Below, in pieces: positions 19,173-29,198 of a stretch of DNA of 64,000 bases. Within the stretch, counting starts at the first letter, position 1. Each line of letters begins with the position of its first letter. The notes beneath the pieces are model-generated. The model was not told where the DNA came from and searched no databases. It saw only the letters and a list, made by a program, of their open reading frames with translations. Made by a program: the position numbers and the translations under genes. The stretch is taken from positions 41,193 through 105,192 of the forward strand of contig JAZQOK010000018.1 in assembly GCA_045627865.1 (NCBI GenBank), given 5' to 3'. The stretch is from Bacteroidales bacterium. Its GTDB lineage: Bacteria; Bacteroidota; Bacteroidia; Bacteroidales; UBA3663.

Positions 19173-20630
19173 TTACTCCCATTCACGGAGAATCTGCATC
19201 GCTCTGTTCTGTGCTCTCTTGACCGAAGCCGGATCCGAAGAATCAATCTTAAAGTAGGATGGATCTGGCAGATAGAGAGGCAGACCGACAGGCACATTAT
19301 TAGGATTGCCCAACTGGAAGGCATTCACATCATAGACATAGGCCCAGAAAGCCTTATCGCCGTAATTGCGCAAGGCAACGAGCGTCAATCGACCGCCCTC
19401 GCCCAGCTGATCCATCTTAGGCTGGCCATTTTCCAGCAGGAGCATATCGTTCGACGGCTTAGTTCCCTTAGGCAACGATGGCTTAGAAGCACTTTGCGCT
19501 ACCGGCTTGGTTGGAGCGGGTTGGGCCGCTTTGGGCTGGGTAGGAGCAGCAGACTGAGCCGGCTTGGCAGGAGATTCCGGGAGTTCCGCGGTTTCTGGAT
19601 TTGCCGGACTATCCGGGCTTTCTGAAGCAACGATATTTTCGGTGGCAGCGACTTCCTGTTTAGGCTCCTTCGGTGACGATGGAACCAACAGCCAGACCAG
19701 CAGCACCAGCAACACGACAACACCCGCAATGCCACCATACAGGTAAGATTTCGGCAACGACTTGAGTTGCTCCAATTGAGGTTTGAAGTTATCCAGTTGT
19801 GGCTTGAGTTTATCCAAGAGTGATGGCTCCGGTTCACGAACACGCTTCTTGACGGGGGCTGGGGCAGGAGTCGGTTCTGGGACTGGAGCGGGAGCAGGGG
19901 CCGGCTCAGGCACTGGGGCTGGGGCGGACTCTGGTTCTGGAGCCACAATAGGGTCCGGACTTTCCGGATTTTCTGGTTCGGTTGGCTCGGTTGGCACAAC
20001 TGGCTCAGTTGGTTCTGCCGGACTTTCCGGCTCAACAGGAGCCTCTGGCTTTGGTGCCTCTGCAGCGACTACCATAGGCTCAAAGCAGGCAAAAGGAGCA
20101 TTTACCAGATTACGCATCTTTTCGTCCACCTGGAGCGACATCCGGCGGCCCTGCTGGCTCTCCACCCACGAGAAGATACCCAAGCCCTGGATTTCGACAG
20201 GATCGTTCGCATCCAGTCGTTCCAAGATCAGTTTAGTCACCGTATGCATAAAGAACTCAGCATCTCCCTCTGTTGCCTTGGCATAGCGAGCCAGATGGAA
20301 AGAGAACTGCGTAGCATTCAGTTCATGCACATTCGCAGCAGGATCCTGTTGCGACAACCGGTACGAGATGCGAGGCGGATACATTGTCTGCAATCCAGAA
20401 TCTGGATCTTCAGCCACATACTCTGGGTGTTTCGTTGCCACGAAATGGCCGATTCCCTCCCACTCTACCGCAATCTGTTCAGTTGCCTGTTCCGCCATCA
20501 GTTTGATGGCAGACTGCATCAGGGCTGAACTCGTCTGACGGTCCAGTCCGCTGCGGTTTTGTACCTCTGTCAAGAAATCCTTGTGTGTCACGATAGCTGA
20601 TTGTTTTACAGTTCTATATTCAAAGTTCAA
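19173..20630 (-). CDS. tandem HU-like domain protein with Pro-rich linker, TM helix and LysM-like C-terminus
   Basis: HU-like strings VEWEGIGHFVATK and VEIQGLGIFSWVE. PEPxPAPAPVPEP low-complexity linker. TM helix YLYGGIAGVVVLLVLLVWLLV. The first codon of the ORF is TTG (20630); an in-frame GTG at 20591 is an alternative start. Confidence 0.6.
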   Translation of the reverse strand: MNFEYRTVKQSAIVTHKDFLTEVQNRSGLDRQTSSALMQSAIKLMAEQATEQIAVEWEGIGHFVATKHPEYVAEDPDSGLQTMYPPRISYRLSQQDPAANVHELNATQFSFHLARYAKATEGDAEFFMHTVTKLILERLDANDPVEIQGLGIFSWVESQQGRRMSLQVDEKMRNLVNAPFACFEPMVVAAEAPKPEAPVEPESPAEPTEPVVPTEPTEPENPESPDPIVAPEPESAPAPVPEPAPAPAPVPEPTPAPAPVKKRVREPEPSLLDKLKPQLDNFKPQLEQLKSLPKSYLYGGIAGVVVLLVLLVWLLVPSSPKEPKQEVAATENIVASESPDSPANPETAELPESPAKPAQSAAPTQPKAAQPAPTKPVAQSASKPSLPKGTKPSNDMLLLENGQPKMDQLGEGGRLTLVALRNYGDKAFWAYVYDVNAFQLGNPNNVPVGLPLYLPDPSYFKIDSSDPASVKRAQNRAMQILREWE

Positions 20631-20644
20631 AGCATATTATGGCG

Positions 20645-20652
20645 CAAAAATA
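20645..20652 (-). promoter_or_regulatory. candidate -7 box (TATTTTTG) for the 20630-15350 gene string
   Basis: Plus-strand caaaaata reads TATTTTTG on the minus strand, matching TAnnTTTG. It lies 15 nt upstream of the TTG start. Confidence 0.4.
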
Positions 20653-20736
20653 ACAATAATAATTCAAATCTGGACTCTTTTTCTTATAAAAAATAAAAAA
20701 TTCACATTTTTTCGTGGTGATTTAGCTTTTTTGTGC

Positions 20737-20744
20737 TATATTTG
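20737..20744 (+). promoter_or_regulatory. candidate -7 box (TATATTTG) for clpC
   Basis: Exact match to TAnnTTTG, 24 nt upstream of the ATG at 20768. No clean -33 TTTG at the expected spacing. Confidence 0.45.
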
Positions 20745-20767
20745 CACCCAATTTTTAAGGATATATA

Positions 20768-23362
20768 ATGAAAAGCGAATATACAGAACACGTAAAACAG
20801 GTTATCGACTACATCAAGAGCGAATCGGTACGACTGCACAGCCGCACCATTCGTCCGGAGCATTTCATGCTCGGCATCCTGGTCAACGGACAGGGCAAGG
20901 CGATCGAAGTCTTACGCAGCCAAGGCGTTGACCTCGAAGCTCTGCGCATCCATATCGAGGAGGCACTGATCAACGAGAGCAAGTGTTCCGACACAGATAA
21001 GAGACCCGAAGAGGGGGCTCACGACAATGTCATGCCTGATACCATTATGTCGCATACTGGTGACCGTACCCTCAAACTCTCGCAGCTTGAGGCCCGTATG
21101 TTACATCAGGACAATATCGGTACCGAGCACCTTGTACTGGCAATGCTCAAAGACAACAAGAGCAGCGTCAGCCAGCTAATGCAGCAGTACAACGTCGACT
21201 ACAAGTCCTTCCACGAAGCATTGACGGGTGCCGATGGCAAGGTCGACCAAGACGATATCACCAACGAAGATATTGAGGCAATGCGCCGCAACCGCGAGAA
21301 TAACGAAGAAGACGAAGAGGACGAAGAGATGAGCAGTGCCTACACACCAGCAGGCAATAACCGCCAGGTCAATACAACGACCGCCAAGACTGCCTCGGGA
21401 GACAGTGATACGCCAACGCTCGATCGTTTCGGTTTCGATGTCACCCAAGCCGCACGCGAAGGCAAGCTGGATCCAGTTGTCGGACGTGAATCTGAGATCG
21501 AACGAGTAGCACAGATTCTCTCTCGTCGCAAGAAGAACAATCCAATCCTCCTCGGCGAGCCAGGCGTCGGAAAGACCGCCATTGTCGAAGGATTGGCCCA
21601 GCGCATCGTTGAGAAGAAGGTCAGTTTCCTGCTCAAGAACAAACGCATAGTCAGTCTGGACATGGCGGGCCTCGTAGCAGGCACCAAATACCGCGGACAA
21701 TTCGAGGAGCGTCTCAAAGGAATCATGCAGGAGGTAAGCAACAACCCGAACATCATCCTTTACATCGACGAGATTCACACCATGGTCGGTGCGGGCAATG
21801 CACAGGGATCGATGGATGCCGCTAACATGCTCAAACCAGCCCTCAGCCGTGGCGAGATGCAGTGCATCGGCAGCACCACATTGGCAGAGTTCCGCAAAAG
21901 CATCGAGAAGGATGGTGCCTTGGAGCGTCGTTTCCAGAAGGTGATTGTAGAGCCGACCAAAGCGGCCGACACCCTCGCCATTCTCCACAATATCCGCGAC
22001 CGATACGAAGAGCACCATTGTGTTCGATTCTCGGACGAGGCGTTGCAGGCTTGCGTTACCCTGAGCGACCGATACATCACCGACCGCAACTTCCCAGACA
22101 AGGCCATCGACGTCATGGACGAAGCCGGCTCACGCATGCATCTCTTCTCGGCCCATGCCCCTGAATCGTTCGACGAATTAGAGCAGCAGCTCGAAGAGGT
22201 CCGACAGAAGAAGGATGAGGCCATACTCTCGCAGCAGTATGAGTTGGCTGCTACCTATCGTGACCAGGAACGACAGATCGACGAGAAGCTCAAGGCCGAA
22301 AAAGCCAAGATCGAACAGCAGGATCGTGCTGACGCGCCATTGGTCGACGACGAAAAGATTGCCGAAGTCGTAGCACAGATGACCGGAATTCCGGTCCAGA
22401 AAGTAGCCAGCAGCGAAGGACAGAAGCTGCTCACCCTCAAGCAGACGCTCCAGCAGCGTGTTGTGGGACAGGACGATGCCATCCAGAAGGTTGTCAAAGC
22501 CATCCAGCGCAACCGCATCGGACTCAAAGATCCGAAGCGACCGATTGGAACCTTCCTCTTCCTGGGACCTACCGGCGTAGGCAAGACCTATCTGGCCAAG
22601 AAGATTGCCGACGAGCTCTTTGCGACCCCCGATAGCCTCATCCGCATCGACATGTCCGAGTTTATGGAGAAATACAGCACCTCCCGTCTCATCGGAGCAG
22701 CACCAGGCTACATCGGTTACGAAGAGGGCGGACAGTTGACCGAACGTGTACGCCGTCGTCCTTATTCCGTCATTCTGTTCGACGAGATCGAGAAGGCAGA
22801 CCACGAAGTCTTCAACCTGCTGCTTCAGCTTTTCGACGAAGGACATCTCACCGACTCCACCGGACGCAAGATTGACTTCAAGAACTGCATCATCATACTG
22901 ACCAGCAACGTCGGAAGCCGTCAGTTAGGCGATTTCGGCACCGGTATCGGTTTCCAGGACTACAACGACAAGGAGCGTCAGGCAGCCAACGAGGCTGTTA
23001 TCCGCAAGGAGCTCAAGAAGACCTTCTCGCCCGAGTTCCTGAACCGCATCGATGATATCATCACCTTCCGTCAGCTCAATCACGACGATATCCGCAGCAT
23101 TGTCGATGCAGAACTTCAGCCAGTGCTTGACCGCATCAAGGCACAGGGCTACGATGTCGAGGTCACCGAAGCCATGAAGGACTTCCTGGCCGACAAGGGC
23201 TATGATCCTAAGTATGGTGCCCGTCCACTGCGTCGTGCCATTCAGGAGTACATCGAAGATGCGCTCTGCGAACAGATCTTGAACGATACTTCGTACGAAA
23301 ACGATAACGATAACGAAAACAAAAGGCACATCGTTCTCGATGCGCCTGCAGCCAATAACTAA
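20768..23362 (+). CDS. clpC: ATP-dependent Clp protease ATP-binding subunit, ClpC type
   Basis: Clp_N repeats, Walker A GEPGVGKT and GPTGVGKT, a UVR-like coiled coil ([13 protein letters not shown]) and a ClpP-docking GIGF loop. The C-terminal tail ...[23 protein letters not shown] is encoded by a hexamer repeat. Confidence 0.9.
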   Translation: MKSEYTEHVKQVIDYIKSESVRLHSRTIRPEHFMLGILVNGQGKAIEVLRSQGVDLEALRIHIEEALINESKCSDTDKRPEEGAHDNVMPDTIMSHTGDRTLKLSQLEARMLHQDNIGTEHLVLAMLKDNKSSVSQLMQQYNVDYKSFHEALTGADGKVDQDDITNEDIEAMRRNRENNEEDEEDEEMSSAYTPAGNNRQVNTTTAKTASGDSDTPTLDRFGFDVTQAAREGKLDPVVGRESEIERVAQILSRRKKNNPILLGEPGVGKTAIVEGLAQRIVEKKVSFLLKNKRIVSLDMAGLVAGTKYRGQFEERLKGIMQEVSNNPNIILYIDEIHTMVGAGNAQGSMDAANMLKPALSRGEMQCIGSTTLAEFRKSIEKDGALERRFQKVIVEPTKAADTLAILHNIRDRYEEHHCVRFSDEALQACVTLSDRYITDRNFPDKAIDVMDEAGSRMHLFSAHAPESFDELEQQLEEVRQKKDEAILSQQYELAATYRDQERQIDEKLKAEKAKIEQQDRADAPLVDDEKIAEVVAQMTGIPVQKVASSEGQKLLTLKQTLQQRVVGQDDAIQKVVKAIQRNRIGLKDPKRPIGTFLFLGPTGVGKTYLAKKIADELFATPDSLIRIDMSEFMEKYSTSRLIGAAPGYIGYEEGGQLTERVRRRPYSVILFDEIEKADHEVFNLLLQLFDEGHLTDSTGRKIDFKNCIIILTSNVGSRQLGDFGTGIGFQDYNDKERQAANEAVIRKELKKTFSPEFLNRIDDIITFRQLNHDDIRSIVDAELQPVLDRIKAQGYDVEVTEAMKDFLADKGYDPKYGARPLRRAIQEYIEDALCEQILNDTSYENDNDNENKRHIVLDAPAANN

Positions 23363-23385
23363 TAGCCATTAGCCAATAGCCAATA
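23288..23385. repeat. hexamer (AACNNN) array followed by five phased heptamers (GCCAATA-like), spanning the clpC stop codon
   Basis: 23288-23324 is the 37-nt element acttcgtacgaaaacgataacgataacgaaaacaaaa. 23351-23385 reads gccaata/actaata/gccatta/gccaata/gccaata. The clpC TAA is at 23360-23362. Confidence 0.9.
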
Positions 23386-23415
23386 AAAAGCCAACTCAAT
23401 CCGAGTTGGCTTTTT
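23386..23415. terminator. bidirectional intrinsic terminator between clpC and rpiB
   Basis: 9-bp stem agccaactc / gagttggct with a 5-nt loop, flanked by an A-run and a T-run. Confidence 0.8.
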
Positions 23416-23419
23416 ATTA

Positions 23420-23860
23420 TCATTTGCAAGGGATATCCTCGATACGCTGCTGATGACGACCACCAGCGAATTCGGTAGCGAAGAATTCATCCAGACACTG
23501 TCTGCAGGTCTCCTCGCTGATGAAGCGACCTGGGAAGACAATCACATTCGCATTGTTGTGCTCACGGATCAGGTGGGCGATTTCAGGCTGCCATACCAAA
23601 CCGGCACGGATGCTCTGGTGCTTGTTCAAGGTCATCGAGATACCCTCGCCTGAACCGCACATAGCGATACCAGGATAAACCTCACCCTTCTCGATACCCT
23701 CAGCCAAAGCGTGGCCGAAAGTAGCATAGTTGCACGACTCCTCGGTCAGAGTACCATAATCCTTCCAGGCCAGGCCCTTCTCATCCAGGTACTTCTTGAC
23801 GAACTGCTTCAATGGGAAGGCAGCGTGATCGCTTGCCAATCCTACAATCTTAACTTCCAT
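23420..23860 (-). CDS. rpiB: ribose 5-phosphate isomerase B
   Basis: GIAMCGSGEGISMTLNK motif. The start ATG shares nt 23860 with the upstream stop (TAATG). Confidence 0.92.
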   Translation of the reverse strand: MEVKIVGLASDHAAFPLKQFVKKYLDEKGLAWKDYGTLTEESCNYATFGHALAEGIEKGEVYPGIAMCGSGEGISMTLNKHQSIRAGLVWQPEIAHLIREHNNANVIVFPGRFISEETCRQCLDEFFATEFAGGRHQQRIEDIPCK

Positions 23861-24696
23861 TACTTCTGAATGATCAAATATGGAGAAGCATTCCAGAATG
23901 CAACAATATCAGAGATCTCGAGCAAAGTAGTACCATCAGCCTGTGGCTTCAAAGTGTAAGAGCTAGCTGGCTTCTCGGTGATGAGTTTTGGAGCCTTGCT
24001 TGGGATGGTGATAGTAGTAAGCTCGCGCATATCAGCCTTGGTGAACTTGCTGGCATCCATATTATCGTAGTCTGCACGCTTCTTGAAGACGCCTTCGATC
24101 AGACCATTAGCCTTGAGGTTCTTCTTGGTGTCGATTACATAATATACGGTGTTGAGCTCAATCTCCTGCTGGTTAGCAATCTCCTGGATCTGGTTACGCT
24201 CGATCTCAACCTTCTGCTTAGCAACGGTCATATCGTTCAGACGGTTCTTGAGATCCTCGATGCTTGCCTTGCTGTCCTGCAACTGAGCCTGGAGATCAGC
24301 GATCTGAGCATCCTTCTCAGCGATCTGTTCGTTGAGCTGGTCGATCATCTTCTGGAGTTCGCTGTTGCGATAGCGGCTGTTAGAGAGCTTCTTCTTCTGA
24401 GCCTCCAACTCCTCGCGCTGCTTAGCCATACGGTCACGGATGGTCTGCATACGGGTCAGAACGGCATTCTTATCCTTGAGGTCATTACCCTCGTCGTCAA
24501 CGAAGATCAAACCCTCGCTTACTGCGATTTCAGACATAGCGCTGTTCACGGTGCTGATTACTTCGGTCATCTGGCTGTTAGCCTCAGCAATTGAATCGAG
24601 CTGAGCCTTGAGCGCATCATACTGTTCCTGTGGAACCTTTGGGGTACAACCTGCCAACAGAGCTGCGCAGCTTGCCATCATCAAAATCTTTTTCAT
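23860..24696 (-). CDS. coiled-coil lipoprotein, function unknown
   Basis: Lipobox LLAGC. A long heptad-like segment (REELEAQKKKL ... QIADLQAQLQDSKASIEDLKNRL) is followed by a small C-terminal domain. Confidence 0.7.
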   Translation of the reverse strand: MKKILMMASCAALLAGCTPKVPQEQYDALKAQLDSIAEANSQMTEVISTVNSAMSEIAVSEGLIFVDDEGNDLKDKNAVLTRMQTIRDRMAKQREELEAQKKKLSNSRYRNSELQKMIDQLNEQIAEKDAQIADLQAQLQDSKASIEDLKNRLNDMTVAKQKVEIERNQIQEIANQQEIELNTVYYVIDTKKNLKANGLIEGVFKKRADYDNMDASKFTKADMRELTTITIPSKAPKLITEKPASSYTLKPQADGTTLLEISDIVAFWNASPYLIIQK

Positions 24697-27089
24697 TGCT
24701 TTTGATAAATTAATTGATTATTTATTATTTGGAATTTATTGTTTCCCATCTTGATAGGTCTGCCGAACAGATCATAGCGGGTTGCATTATTGCTCTTGAC
24801 GGCCTGGAGGGTCTCGATGCCCGTATTATTCGATTCATGGAAGCTATGGATGACGACCTTGCTCCACTCCGACTTGTACGAACCGCATACAGAACGCACC
24901 TGGAATGAATAATCGTAATCCGTATCGAATTCCTGGTCATACATAGCGAACGAGGTAGCGTTGCCCAGAACCTGATAGAAATCCTCCTGCTTGGTAGCAT
25001 TGTTCGAAATCTCGATCGATGCCACGTAGGCACGTTTCTTCGGCTTGATCTGTACATAGCATTGACCGGTAGCGCCCTCCAGTTCAATCTCCTGAACCGA
25101 ACCGTCGGCATTGACCACCTGACTGGCAACGACCTGCTTCTGATCACTCAGCAAAGAGATAGTCACACTATTATCATCCGAGCCGTAAGGCACCAGTTCT
25201 GCCTTCACAAGCACCGTTCCGTTAGCCTCCAGCATAGGTGTACGCAGTGTACCCTGCGAGGTCGAAGTACCAATCTTCAGGCCATACACGCCCTGATAGA
25301 TTCTGACACCATACCAACCTGGAAGCGCAGTATAATGATCCAACGAAGCAGAGATATCCTTGGTGGCATCCTTTTCAACAACGAAATTATCCATCGACTC
25401 CAACAGATAGGCACCTGCCTCGTCATGCTTCCACGAGGCAACCTTCACCTCGTACGAAGTAGCACCCTCAACAGGTTCCCAAGAGAGCGACATGCAGTAG
25501 TCGTCGGCTGTCAAAGCCAACTCTGGCGCATCAACCTTGACGCCACCCTTGAAGCTGAAACCGATCAGGCCAGCCTTTTCGGTAATACCCTCGATAGGGG
25601 CATTCAGGAACTTCTTACCATCCGAATTTTTATTATAGGTGGTAGCTGCAGGGGTAGTCGAATTGGTCAATGCAGTCTTGCCCTTCGTACCTGGCCAGGT
25701 CTGACCTCTCAGCGAGGCATCATCCGATGCATGAGAATTATTTGCAGGAACGATGGTCAGACGTGGGTGCGACGGGTCATCATTCACCGAGTTACCATAC
25801 CAGGCCTGGGCATTATAGTCCACATGGGTAATCAGCAGACCATGAGCATTGCTTGGATAGCTGTACCAGCGCTTGTTCTGACGGTTCTCGAGCAGATAAG
25901 CCTCATAGTGCTCTGCCTCATTATATATAATATAGGCACAGGCAGAGTCTCCCAGGTTCGGCATATTGCTCACCACGCATGGATCTGTCAGCTCAGTCAG
26001 TTCGAGCCAACCGCCCATCCAGCGTTCGTAGGCCGACATACCACAAGGCACCTCACCCAGACCATTAGGTCCGCTGTATGAACCGGCATCCATCAGATCC
26101 CAGTCACCCGGCGAAGCTGCGCCCGAATAATCGGTATCATACATATCCGGGAATCCGAGGCAATGCGAGAACTCGTGACAGGCCGTTCCGATACCGTTAG
26201 GCGTAGAACCGCTGGTATAAGCCAGCTCCGCACTACAGGCATAGGTATCGATACGCACGCCATCCAAGGTCTGTGCACCGACCGAAGCACCGCCATAGTA
26301 CTGAGAATAACTCAAATGATACTCATGTGGCCAGATGGTATTCGAGTCAGCGCCATAGTTCTCGCCATAACCGGCATAGATCACATAGACCTGATCCACC
26401 TCGCCATCGCCGTCCCAGTCATATTTACTGAAATCGACCGAGTCGTTGATCATCTTGCAGGCCTCAACGATCATCTCCTCCGGTTTGTCATCATTACCCT
26501 GACCACCAACATTCTTTCCGTAGTATGAATAGTTGTTCTTAACCGTTACAGGGCCAACAACATCGAACTCAATATTCAGCTTACCATAGCTCTGGTCGCT
26601 GAAGTAGTCACTCACCGAACCAATGTGTCCATTCCCAGAGTATCCCTTCTTGTTGAACATATCGTCGAAGGTTTTGTGGGGAGTGACCATTTGTTTGTTC
26701 TTGAAGTTTACCAGAATCACCAGACCGTGCTTATCGCCCTCACGCGGACAGCGTTCGCCGATCTCATGCTTAGCCATAGGGGCACGCTGGGCTGAGGCGA
26801 GACGCTCCATACGGAGCTGGTTGATCTGTTGTCTTTTTTCCAACGCACACTTCATCTGTGCTTCGAGAGTGGTTGCATCTTCTGGCCGATACCAACCGGT
26901 TTCGGCATCATACGTTACGACGGTTCCATCCTGAGTCATCAGGCCATGGAAATACTCGTCACCGAAAGCACGCACAACCAGTTCAGAACCGTCTGGTTGG
27001 GTTACTTTAAAGAAAGATGGTCGTGCTGGCACTGCCCAAACCGACAGTGCCACCACGAACATATATATTCCACAAAGGATTCTTTTCAT
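24693..27089 (-). CDS. M6 (immune inhibitor A-like) zinc metalloprotease with T9SS C-terminal sorting tail
   Basis: Signal peptide. N-terminal PSFFKVTQPDGSELVVRAFGDEYFHG. Zinc site HEFSHCLGFPDMYD. C-terminal RYDLFGRPIKMGNNKFQIINNQLIYQKQ. Confidence 0.8.
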   Translation of the reverse strand: MKRILCGIYMFVVALSVWAVPARPSFFKVTQPDGSELVVRAFGDEYFHGLMTQDGTVVTYDAETGWYRPEDATTLEAQMKCALEKRQQINQLRMERLASAQRAPMAKHEIGERCPREGDKHGLVILVNFKNKQMVTPHKTFDDMFNKKGYSGNGHIGSVSDYFSDQSYGKLNIEFDVVGPVTVKNNYSYYGKNVGGQGNDDKPEEMIVEACKMINDSVDFSKYDWDGDGEVDQVYVIYAGYGENYGADSNTIWPHEYHLSYSQYYGGASVGAQTLDGVRIDTYACSAELAYTSGSTPNGIGTACHEFSHCLGFPDMYDTDYSGAASPGDWDLMDAGSYSGPNGLGEVPCGMSAYERWMGGWLELTELTDPCVVSNMPNLGDSACAYIIYNEAEHYEAYLLENRQNKRWYSYPSNAHGLLITHVDYNAQAWYGNSVNDDPSHPRLTIVPANNSHASDDASLRGQTWPGTKGKTALTNSTTPAATTYNKNSDGKKFLNAPIEGITEKAGLIGFSFKGGVKVDAPELALTADDYCMSLSWEPVEGATSYEVKVASWKHDEAGAYLLESMDNFVVEKDATKDISASLDHYTALPGWYGVRIYQGVYGLKIGTSTSQGTLRTPMLEANGTVLVKAELVPYGSDDNSVTISLLSDQKQVVASQVVNADGSVQEIELEGATGQCYVQIKPKKRAYVASIEISNNATKQEDFYQVLGNATSFAMYDQEFDTDYDYSFQVRSVCGSYKSEWSKVVIHSFHESNNTGIETLQAVKSNNATRYDLFGRPIKMGNNKFQIINNQLIYQKQ

Positions 27090-29107
27090 TACTTCTTAAG
27101 CATCTTCTTAACCTGGTTGTAAACATTCTCACCGGTGAAACCGAGTTTCTCGTCAAGAACCTTGTAAGGAGCAGAGAAGCCAAAGCTTGAGAGACCCCAA
27201 ACCTCACCATCAGCGCCAACGAGACCCTCGAGGGTTACAGGCAGACCAGCGGTCATACCGAACTTAGGCTTGCCAGCAGGGAGGATAGAGTTCTGATATG
27301 CCTTGCTCTGACGACGGAACAGACCCTCAGAAGGAACACTTACGATACGGCACTTGATACCATCAGCACGCAACTGCTCAGCGCCAGCTACGAGAGTAGC
27401 AACCTCTGAACCAGAAGCGAGGAGGATAACATCGTACTGATCGTCTGAACCAGCAACGATATAAGCACCCTTCTCAGCCTGGCTGTAGTCGTTACCAGCA
27501 GGCAAAGTCTTGATGTTCTGACGAGAGAAGATCAAGCCGGTTGGGCCATAAACGTTCTCCATAGCCATCTTCCAAGCCTGGGTGGTCTCGTCTGAGTCAG
27601 CAGGACGGAGAACCAACATAGAGTTGCGACCCTTGTGGGTACGGAGCTTCTCCATCAAGCGGATCTGTGCCTCATGCTCAACTGGCTCATGGGTAGGTCC
27701 ATCCTCACCAACACGGAATGCATCGTGGGTCCAGATGAACTTCACTGGGAGCTCCATCAAGGCAGCCATACGAACAACAGGGAGCATATACTGTGAGAAT
27801 ACGAAGAAGGTACCACAAGCAGGGATAACACCACCGTGGAGAGCCATACCTACGCAGCAGCAAGCCATAGTGAACTCAGCAACACCAGCCTGGAAGAATG
27901 CGCCACTGAAGTCGCCCTTCTGGAGGTCGTGAGTAAATTTAAGGAAGCCATCGGTCTTATCTGAGTTCGAAAGGTCAGCCGAAGCACAGATCATGTTAGG
28001 TACCTGCTGAGCGAGCTGAGAAAGAACAGCTGCAGATGCGCTACGGGTAGCGTCGTCAGCCTTCTGCTCAACCTTGCTCCAGTCGATCTGAGGAGCCTTA
28101 CCGCTGAACCACTCACGCATCAGCTTAGCCTTCTCTGGGTTAGCTGCCTCCCACTCTGCCTTCTTAGCATACTTGGCATCCATGATCTTGCGGAGTTCAG
28201 CACGACGCTGAGCGTAGAGCTTCTTAACCTCTGGGAAGATCTGGAATGGATCGGTAGGATCACCGCCCAGGTTCTTGATGGTGTTGGTGAATGCATCGCC
28301 ACCGAGAGGAGCACCGTGAGTCTTGCAGTTACGCTCGTATGAGGTACCGTCAGCCTTCAAAGCACCCTTACCCATGATACACTTACCGATGATGAGGGTT
28401 GGCTGGCCCTTGGTAGACTTAGCGTGGCGCAAGGCGCCACGGATCTGCTCAACATCATTACCGTTGATCTCGAGGACGTTCCAGCCCCAAGCGCGATACT
28501 TAGCAGCAGTGTTCTCGGTAGTAACGACCTTACACTCGGTAGAGAGCTGGATATCGTTTGAGTCATAGAACATGATGAGGTTATCCAAACCGAGGGTACC
28601 AGCGATACGACCTGCGCCCTGGCTTACCTCCTCCTGGATACCACCATCCGAGATGTAGGTATAGATCTTCTGACCCATCACCTCCTCACCCAGACGGGCA
28701 GCGAGGAACTTGGCAGCGATAGCAGCACCTACAGCATAGGCGTGACCCTGACCAAGAGGACCAGAAGTATTCTCGATGCCACGCTTAACGTCCAACTCTG
28801 GGTGACCGGTTACAGGGCTACCCCACTGACGGAGGGTCTGCAACTCATCGGTAGTGAACTTACCAGCGAGGCACAACTGTGCATAGAGCATTGGAGCCAT
28901 GTGACCTGGGTCGAGGAAGAAACGGTCACGACCCTCGAATGTCATGTTCTTTGGATCATACTCAAGGTACTCTGAGAACAACACGTTAATGAAATCGGCA
29001 CCGCCCATGGCGCCACCTGGGTGACCGCTCTTAGCCTTCTCTACGGCTGCGGCTGCAAGGATACGGATATTGTCCGCTGCCTTGTTCATCAATTCTACTG
29101 AATTCAT
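27089..29107 (-). CDS. tkt: transketolase
   Basis: SGHPGGAMGGAD TPP motif and GEDGPTHEPVEH. Confidence 0.97.
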   Translation of the reverse strand: MNSVELMNKAADNIRILAAAAVEKAKSGHPGGAMGGADFINVLFSEYLEYDPKNMTFEGRDRFFLDPGHMAPMLYAQLCLAGKFTTDELQTLRQWGSPVTGHPELDVKRGIENTSGPLGQGHAYAVGAAIAAKFLAARLGEEVMGQKIYTYISDGGIQEEVSQGAGRIAGTLGLDNLIMFYDSNDIQLSTECKVVTTENTAAKYRAWGWNVLEINGNDVEQIRGALRHAKSTKGQPTLIIGKCIMGKGALKADGTSYERNCKTHGAPLGGDAFTNTIKNLGGDPTDPFQIFPEVKKLYAQRRAELRKIMDAKYAKKAEWEAANPEKAKLMREWFSGKAPQIDWSKVEQKADDATRSASAAVLSQLAQQVPNMICASADLSNSDKTDGFLKFTHDLQKGDFSGAFFQAGVAEFTMACCCVGMALHGGVIPACGTFFVFSQYMLPVVRMAALMELPVKFIWTHDAFRVGEDGPTHEPVEHEAQIRLMEKLRTHKGRNSMLVLRPADSDETTQAWKMAMENVYGPTGLIFSRQNIKTLPAGNDYSQAEKGAYIVAGSDDQYDVILLASGSEVATLVAGAEQLRADGIKCRIVSVPSEGLFRRQSKAYQNSILPAGKPKFGMTAGLPVTLEGLVGADGEVWGLSSFGFSAPYKVLDEKLGFTGENVYNQVKKMLKK

Positions 29108-29198
29108 AACTCTCGAATTAATTATTGGTTTGTAATTATTTGATGATATTGTTTTTTATTGAATTTTCTATCCATCGATTCATCGAATTATCGTAAAA

